Below are positions 58,271 to 64,000 of a DNA stretch of 64,000 nucleotides, in pieces. The stretch lies in the NCBI GenBank assembly GCA_964601915.1, contig CAZRPK010000002.1:2000-65999 (forward strand), written 5' to 3'. The DNA is from an uncultured Kangiella sp. GTDB lineage: Bacteria > Pseudomonadota > Gammaproteobacteria > Enterobacterales > Kangiellaceae. A program made the translations under genes and the position numbers. The number at the start of each line of letters is the position of its first letter. The stretch's first letter is position 1. The notes under the pieces were generated by a model, which was given only the letters and a program-made list of their open reading frames with translations, was not told where the DNA came from and ran no database searches.

Positions 58271-59101
58271 ATGTTTGACCGTAACAAAGCCATTAAGTTT
58301 GGTTGGAATCAATGTGTAATATTTAATCATACAAGCTCGCCAAAAGTATTTAGTTGCATTCCTGAAAAACACAAGGGTGAAGATAATTATTATATAGTTT
58401 TGTCTCATCCCTGTTCACTACTGAATTACTCATTGGTGAATGAGCCTACTTTTGAATACGTCATAGCTAAACCTATAGAAAAAATTGATGGTAATTGCAC
58501 TTTTGGCAAAAATCCCAGAAAGTTGCACATCTATATAGCTTCGATGGGTAAAGCATTTGAACTGGAACAGTGCAATCGAAATTATGTCATTAGAGATTTG
58601 ATTTCTGATGAAGCCCCAATTAGTGCGATATTTGAACCTGAGATTGCCCGCTCTATATGCCTATGGGTCGCGAATAGGTATTTAGCTTCATCATTTCCGG
58701 ATGAGTTCGAGAATAGAATTAGCAAGGCTAAAAAGAATCTGAGGAAAAAATATAGTGGTGCAGTTGGCGAAAAATGTAGAAGTGCTTACCTTATTTTAAA
58801 TGAACCGTTGCTCGACCTTGAATCAGATGAAGACTACAAACTACGCTTGTTTTTCACTCTAAGCCCTGATGATTTCCAAACATACGATCAAGAGAGTGAT
58901 ACTGCGCAGATGCCTTTTAAAGAGTTCTTATTAAGTGTAAAAAAAATACTAAATGAACTAAAAGGTATTTCTATTGAACAAATCGCATATCTTAATGAAA
59001 ACCAAATAACCTTAAACCAAATCCAGAGCCCAAAGTTTAAAAAATGGAATTATGATTTTTTATCCGTGGTATCAAATACCGAAACGGATGATGCATTCTA
59101 G
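58271..59101 (+). CDS. Hypothetical protein (third gene of the Tn3 cargo cassette)
   Basis: 277-aa ORF starting 5 nt after the previous stop. No motif recognised; 'YYIVLSHPCSLL' is a possible Cys/His site. Confidence 0.5.
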   Translation: MFDRNKAIKFGWNQCVIFNHTSSPKVFSCIPEKHKGEDNYYIVLSHPCSLLNYSLVNEPTFEYVIAKPIEKIDGNCTFGKNPRKLHIYIASMGKAFELEQCNRNYVIRDLISDEAPISAIFEPEIARSICLWVANRYLASSFPDEFENRISKAKKNLRKKYSGAVGEKCRSAYLILNEPLLDLESDEDYKLRLFFTLSPDDFQTYDQESDTAQMPFKEFLLSVKKILNELKGISIEQIAYLNENQITLNQIQSPKFKKWNYDFLSVVSNTETDDAF

Positions 59102-59220
59102 AGGTTATACCCTAAACAAAAAAAGCAAAACCAATGCTTCTCTTCATTTTTATTGTTGAATGATCGTTTTAGCCAGAAGTTAGCGTTAGAGTAATAACTT
59201 CCTAGTGGTCAATTTAGGGT

Positions 59221-59879
59221 ACACCCATAATAGACTAGGACTGTTTGAAAGCTCGTTACTGTCCTAATATGTCAATATTTTAATCGCTCAGGTAACATTG
59301 TTCGACTTACTCAGCTATTCGAGCAACAAATATGGCAAATAATTCACCCGGTATTGATACCGTTGATAACTCTGAACACCATGATTTATATGACCTACCG
59401 CGTTTTAATGACAATGACCGAGCTTACTTCTTTAATCTTAGTGATCTAGAATTATCAATACTCAAGCAATTTCGAATTGTTCAGAACAAAGTCCATTTTA
59501 TTTTGTTGTTGGGTTATTTTAAGGCAAAGCCGGTAACTTTAACCTTCACTTGGGGAATGGTAAAAAAAGACCTTACACATATTTACGCTCGATATTTCCC
59601 GAAAGCTCGTTTGGTTCGCAAGAACCTGAACAAAGATGCCAAATCCAACATCTACCAAAAGGTTTTTTTTCTAACTGGTTTTCAACGATTTTTAGAACAG
59701 CATCAAAAGAAACTCTTTAAACAGGCTGATTTAGCGGTTGCTAACAGAGCAAGCAATAAGGCAGTGTTTGATGAGTGCGTGACTTATTTGAATCAGCATT
59801 GGATTGCGTTACCCGCTCTTTCTCGGGTACAAAACGTTGTAAGCTAGGCACTAAATAAAGAAGAAGATCGACTTACTGC
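59221..59879 (+). pseudogene. Truncated second copy of the res-proximal region plus first 171 codons of a Tn3-family tnpA
   Basis: Collinear with 61073-61731, with scattered substitutions and one 1-bp indel. A CAG-to-TAG change gives a stop at 59845-47. Homology ends at 59879. Confidence 0.85.
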
Positions 59880-59990
59880 GTATTACCGCGAACGTGAACA
59901 CCTAATGGCGGCCATCGTGAACACCTGACCTTCGGAGGAGCCTTAGAAAGGAGAAAAGCACGTGAGTGGTATAATGAAAACAAAGGCAAA

Positions 59991-60458
59991 TTGGTCATAT
60001 CGGACAAGTCAACACTTGGATGCAGATTAGTCAAAAAGCGGACAACAGCTGTGGAGCGGATAATAGGTATGGAAAAATATTATAACAGTCGACTCTGCAC
60101 TTTTACGGCAGAAATAGAGAATAATTCAAAACATGTGCTGAGCGGCCTAATTTTAAAAGTAAAGGTGTACAACAAATCAAAAAAACAGCTCGTTGTACAA
60201 AAATATGCCAGCCTGCCAATATCAATTTATCCAACGGTTAAGAAAAAAGAGTCTATTGAATTTAACGCTAGTGCCATCGGCGAAGTAATTTCACAGCTTG
60301 GAAATAATTACTATTGGAATTATGAATTAATAGCTTACCTTCCCAGTGAATTTTACCATGCACCAGAGTCTTCAGAGTCTAAAGAACATGTTGACTTTTT
60401 TGATGACGGCGATGACAGCGCTGACTGGGTAGGCGACTACAGTTGGTTAGACCAATGA
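59991..60458 (+). CDS. Hypothetical protein (start uncertain, acidic C-terminus)
   Basis: ORF between the two tnpA copies. The ORF-track start is TTG; an internal ATG gives 'MEKYYNSRL...'. No recognisable motif. Confidence 0.35.
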   Translation: MVISDKSTLGCRLVKKRTTAVERIIGMEKYYNSRLCTFTAEIENNSKHVLSGLILKVKVYNKSKKQLVVQKYASLPISIYPTVKKKESIEFNASAIGEVISQLGNNYYWNYELIAYLPSEFYHAPESSESKEHVDFFDDGDDSADWVGDYSWLDQ

Positions 60459-60585
60459 CCTTCCTCTAAACGTAAAAACACCTTTTATTTCCAATAATGA
60501 AGTGTGAACAACTCTATAAGTTGACTCCTTCATAATAAAATACGTAAACAGGTTAATTTTTTAAATAGGAATTACCTATTTTTTT

Positions 60586-60894
60586 CTAAAGCTTTTTTTC
60601 ATGATCTTGCGCTGAACCTTTTCCATAGTTATCCCACCCTTCTTGCAAAATTGGGTAAACTCTATTATCCAGTTCACAGTAATAGGTGTCTGTAAATTTG
60701 TCTTTACGAGCAGTTTCAATTTCCATAACATATCGACAGTAAGAATTTGCCTTGCTCATATTTTTATGCTCAATAACTACTGTATACGTAATAAAAGCAA
60801 TAAGACTGATAACACAGGTTACTACTACTAAGTCCACTCCAACAGCGAACCAGTTTTGATCTTTGATGTGTTGCGTGAAACGACGAAGAAGCAT
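60586..60894 (-). CDS. Small single-pass membrane protein, hypothetical
   Basis: 'RRFTQHIKDQNWFAVGVDLVVVTCVISLIAFI' is an N-terminal anchor pattern seen in small uncharacterised proteins of other bacteria. 102 aa. Confidence 0.45.
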   Translation of the reverse strand: MLLRRFTQHIKDQNWFAVGVDLVVVTCVISLIAFITYTVVIEHKNMSKANSYCRYVMEIETARKDKFTDTYYCELDNRVYPILQEGWDNYGKGSAQDHEKKL

Positions 60895-61182
60895 GAGTTT
60901 CCTTAATTATTATTAATATTTATCCATTAGAGATAATGTACTGCTATTAAAGCTATTTATCAATACTATGAAACATATCAACGTCCGTTAATCGAACTAA
61001 GCGGTTGTGAAATTGCTTTGTTTTCGCGTTTACATGCAAAATCACCAAGAAATTGACTGGTTCACGATAAGCACACCCATAATAGACTAGGACTGTTTGA
61101 AAGCTCGTTACAGTCCTATATGTCAATATTTTAATCGCTCAGGTAACATTGTTCGACTTACTCAGCTATTCGAGCAACAAAT

Positions 61183-64000
61183 ATGGCAAATAATTCACCC
61201 GGTATTGATACCGTTGATAACTCTGAACACCATGATTTATATGACCTACCGCGTTTTAATGACAATGACCGAGCTTACTTCTTTAATCTTAGTGATCTAG
61301 AATTATCAACACTCAAGCAATTTCGAATTGTGCAGAACAAAGTCCATTTTATTTTGTTGCTAGGTTATTTTAAGGCAAAGCCGGTAACTTTAACCTTCAC
61401 GTTGGGAATTGTAAAAAAAGATCTCACATATATTTATGCTCGATATTTTCCGAAAGCTCGTTTAGTTCGCAAAAACCTGAACAAAGATGCCAAATCCAAC
61501 ATCTACCAAAAGGTTTTTTCTTTAACTGGTTTTCAACGATTTTCGGAACAGCATCAAAATAAACTCTTTAAACAGGCTGATTTAGCGGTTGCCAACCGGG
61601 CAAGCAATAAGACAGTGTTTGATGAGTGCGTGACTTACTTGAATCAGAATTGGATTGCGTTGCCCGCTCTTTCTCGGGTCCAAAACGTTGTCAGCCAGGC
61701 ACTAAATAAAGAAGAATACCGACTTACTGCCATATTTGACAGAAAACTTAAGGGCAAGCTAAAGGATTACATTACAGCATTGTTAGCTCCTCATCAGACA
61801 ACAGATGAATTTCGAACTCTTAGAAGCCAAGCGAAGGATTTTACTTTCGGAGAGATAAGTCGAGAATTACAAGATAAACAAAAACTGGAGCCTATCTTTT
61901 TACAAGCGAAAATGATTTTACAACAAGCGCATATATCCGAAGGAAATATTTGTTATTACAGTGATATGTTTCAAAACTACCGAACCTCGCAGTTGAAACA
62001 ATTTTCACCGGCTAAGGCCTGTATTTATGTGGTCTCATTTCTATGTCAACTCTATGGCCACATAAATGATAATTTGACTAACGGTTTTTATCGAGGGATC
62101 AGAAAGTACAGACAGAACGCGAGTCAATATAGTGATTCGCAAATTACCAGTGAGGCTAGTCGGCTCGGCAAACAGGTTAATAAAGTATCGGATGTCCTAC
62201 ATATGCTGGCTAGCAGCGCTGATGATGAAACCATGCTGGCAAAAGCATTACTCAAGAAGATCTACAAGATTTTACCTCAATCAGATTTAGTATCAGTGGC
62301 TGATTTTATGGCCAAAGTAGAGCTGGATAAGAAACAATTTGTTTGGCAATACTATCGCCAAAATAAATCGACTATCAGGCGTAACTTAAGGCGGCTATTT
62401 ATGACCCTAGAGTTTGAAATCGATAAAGCTCATTTTGAACTCGCTAATCAAGTTGTTTTGGCAAAACAGGAAATTCGCCAATATGGAGAAATTAAAACGA
62501 TAAATGAAGCACTGATCCGTCCGTCGGATTTACATTATATTCAGAACGATGATCAAGAAAATCGAACTGTTGATGCCTTTCTTTTCGAATGTTATTTGTA
62601 CCGAAAAATTCTTGTAGCACTAGATAACGATGTTTGTTACATCCATCATAGTCATCAATACCGGCCGCTTGGTGACTATCTCGTTAATAAAGTCGACCAA
62701 AAGCGATTGAGTAAATCCATGTCACTACCTATGTTGAAAGTGACAATTTCAGAATTAAGTACTGGTTTAAAAGAGTTACTAGAAGACCAAATAAAAAATA
62801 CCAGTAAGCGGATCAATCAGGGAGAAAATGATTATGTGATTTATTCTGATCAGACCAACACCATAAAATGGTCTTTGTCGGTCAAAAATCCAGTCGCTAC
62901 GGTGAATAATAGGGTGTTTGAACAATTTGATCAGGTAGGGATCATTGAACTGATGCGGGTGGTTAATCAGGAAACGAATTTCTTCGATGAATTTACTCAT
63001 TTTCAGTCAAAATATCAGCGCACCCAACCCAGCCTTAATGACATTTTGGCATGTATATTGGGCAATGGCACTAACTTCGGTTTATATAAAATAGCCAATA
63101 TTTCAGACCGGTCATTCAACGACTTACGAGCTACACAGGCCAACTATTTGCGCCTGGAGACTTTAAAAGCTGCAAACGACGCAATCTCAAATAAAACAGC
63201 TTCTTTACCAATATTCGAGTACTACCAAATAGATGAGCGCGGTCAGCACGGTAGTATCGATGGGCAAAAGTTTGAATGTCGTTTTAGCTCTTTAATGGCT
63301 AGGTATTCACCTAAATACTTCGGCCAAGGCAAAGGCGTATCAGCGGTGACATTAGTGCTTAACCACATACCGGCAGATAGCAAAATTATTAGTGCAGATG
63401 ATCACGAAAGCCATCACATTTTTGATTTACTCTATAACAACACTTCTGATGTTAAGCCTGATATTTTGTCAACCGATACTCACGGGACAAATAGATATAA
63501 TTTTGCCATACTCCATTTCTTTGGTTATCAATTTGCACCGCGATACAAAACGTTTAAAAATCATTTTGAGAAAATGTTTCAGGTAGAAAATACTGAAGAT
63601 GCCGAGCAGTTGATCTCGTTGAGGACTCCGATAGATTGGGAGTTGATCACAAAAGAATGGGATAATATCTGCCGATTAATGATTTCACTGGGACAGCACA
63701 AAACCAGTCAGAGTGTACTTATTAAAAAAATTTGTCGGTATAAATCGAACACAGCAACTCTAAAGGCATTAGCTGAATATGACAGAGCAATAAAAGCACA
63801 ATACATACTGGATTATATTGATAGTGAAACACTTCGTAGGCATGTTCAACGTGCTCTCAATCGAGGCGAAGCATACCACCAGTTAAGGCGTGTAATAGCA
63901 GAAACAAACGGTAAGAAATTCAGAGGCAGTCATCATGCAGAGTTAACGCTATGGAATGAGTGTGCAAGGCTGATTGCAAATTGTGTTATTCATTATAACG
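61183..64000 (+). CDS. tnpA: Tn3-family DDE transposase, 3'-partial (runs off the window)
   Basis: Hand translation from the ATG at 61183 is open for 939 codons to the window end. It contains the N-terminal DUF4158-like 'LYDLPRFNDNDRAYFFNLSDLE...FILLLGYFKAKP' and the DDE-region blocks 'GSIDGQKFE', 'HESHHIFDLL', 'LSTDTHGTN' and 'ALNRGEAYHQLRR'. The ORF track omits it because no stop lies in the window. Confidence 0.9.
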   Translation, partial: MANNSPGIDTVDNSEHHDLYDLPRFNDNDRAYFFNLSDLELSTLKQFRIVQNKVHFILLLGYFKAKPVTLTFTLGIVKKDLTYIYARYFPKARLVRKNLNKDAKSNIYQKVFSLTGFQRFSEQHQNKLFKQADLAVANRASNKTVFDECVTYLNQNWIALPALSRVQNVVSQALNKEEYRLTAIFDRKLKGKLKDYITALLAPHQTTDEFRTLRSQAKDFTFGEISRELQDKQKLEPIFLQAKMILQQAHISEGNICYYSDMFQNYRTSQLKQFSPAKACIYVVSFLCQLYGHINDNLTNGFYRGIRKYRQNASQYSDSQITSEASRLGKQVNKVSDVLHMLASSADDETMLAKALLKKIYKILPQSDLVSVADFMAKVELDKKQFVWQYYRQNKSTIRRNLRRLFMTLEFEIDKAHFELANQVVLAKQEIRQYGEIKTINEALIRPSDLHYIQNDDQENRTVDAFLFECYLYRKILVALDNDVCYIHHSHQYRPLGDYLVNKVDQKRLSKSMSLPMLKVTISELSTGLKELLEDQIKNTSKRINQGENDYVIYSDQTNTIKWSLSVKNPVATVNNRVFEQFDQVGIIELMRVVNQETNFFDEFTHFQSKYQRTQPSLNDILACILGNGTNFGLYKIANISDRSFNDLRATQANYLRLETLKAANDAISNKTASLPIFEYYQIDERGQHGSIDGQKFECRFSSLMARYSPKYFGQGKGVSAVTLVLNHIPADSKIISADDHESHHIFDLLYNNTSDVKPDILSTDTHGTNRYNFAILHFFGYQFAPRYKTFKNHFEKMFQVENTEDAEQLISLRTPIDWELITKEWDNICRLMISLGQHKTSQSVLIKKICRYKSNTATLKALAEYDRAIKAQYILDYIDSETLRRHVQRALNRGEAYHQLRRVIAETNGKKFRGSHHAELTLWNECARLIANCVIHYN

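Larger units (their letters stand above)
55355..64000 (+). mobile_element. Tn3-family transposon (left IR to beyond the window end) with internal cargo and a duplicated res/tnpA junction
   Basis: 38-bp Tn3-like IR, serine resolvase, res-like repeats, two copies of the tnpA 5' region, and a tnpA ORF open to the last base of the window. Confidence 0.8.

Noticed and set aside
61097-63586. Short ORFs 61097-61300 (+), 62779-63000 (-) and 63392-63586 (+).
   Set aside because: All lie inside, and out of frame with or antisense to, the long Tn3-family tnpA reading frame, which carries the conserved DDE-region motifs.
1-64000. Search for CRISPR arrays, rRNA genes, and exosortase or PEP-CTERM proteins.
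   Set aside because: No regularly spaced 25-40 bp repeats and no rRNA-like sequence were seen. No ORF ends in a PEP-CTERM sorting signal and none resembles exosortase. The exosortase-type interpretation of the glycan locus therefore stays unproven.

Overview
AT-rich gammaproteobacterial-type chromosome segment in three parts. (1) 1-32.1 kb is an accessory cell-surface/polysaccharide region. It holds a Wzy/O-antigen-ligase-like protein, three GT4 and one GT2 glycosyltransferases, an MsbA/PglK-type ABC exporter, AsnB-like and CapK-like enzymes, a sulfotransferase, an exported methyltransferase, and two decayed IS elements (IS5-family, IS200-family). Two tightly packed minus-strand operons of poorly understood function follow. 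One is DUF4956-CotH-VTC. The other is FemAB/CelD-like GNAT, acyl carrier protein, ACAD-fold flavoenzyme, aaRS-like amino acid:[carrier protein] ligase, DUF1839 and a GH2 hydrolase. Two paralogous FN3 lipoproteins close this part. (2) 32.4-47.4 kb and 52.4-55.3 kb are core housekeeping genes: fdxA, mutS, pncC, leucine dehydrogenase, csiV-like, mfd, rmf, nadA, pilU, tRNA-Ser(GGA), 4.5S/SRP RNA, dnaX, ybaB, recR. (3) Two mobile insertions. A small island between ffs and dnaX (47.5-52.2 kb) carries a decayed tyrosine integrase, a Dcm-like C5-methyltransferase and a two-domain restriction enzyme (EcoRII-N-like plus MvaI/BcnI-like). A Tn3-family transposon starts 25 bp after recR (55,355 to beyond the window end). 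It has a 38-bp IR, tnpR, a res region, a three-gene cargo cassette (TIGR04255-like, HTH/DUF2384-like, unknown), a truncated second copy of the res/tnpA junction, two further cargo ORFs, and a full-length tnpA. That tnpA is open to base 64,000 and is missing from the supplied ORF track because it has no stop in the window. No rRNA genes or CRISPR arrays were seen. All family assignments come from motif recognition by eye or memory and need HMM/BLAST confirmation.
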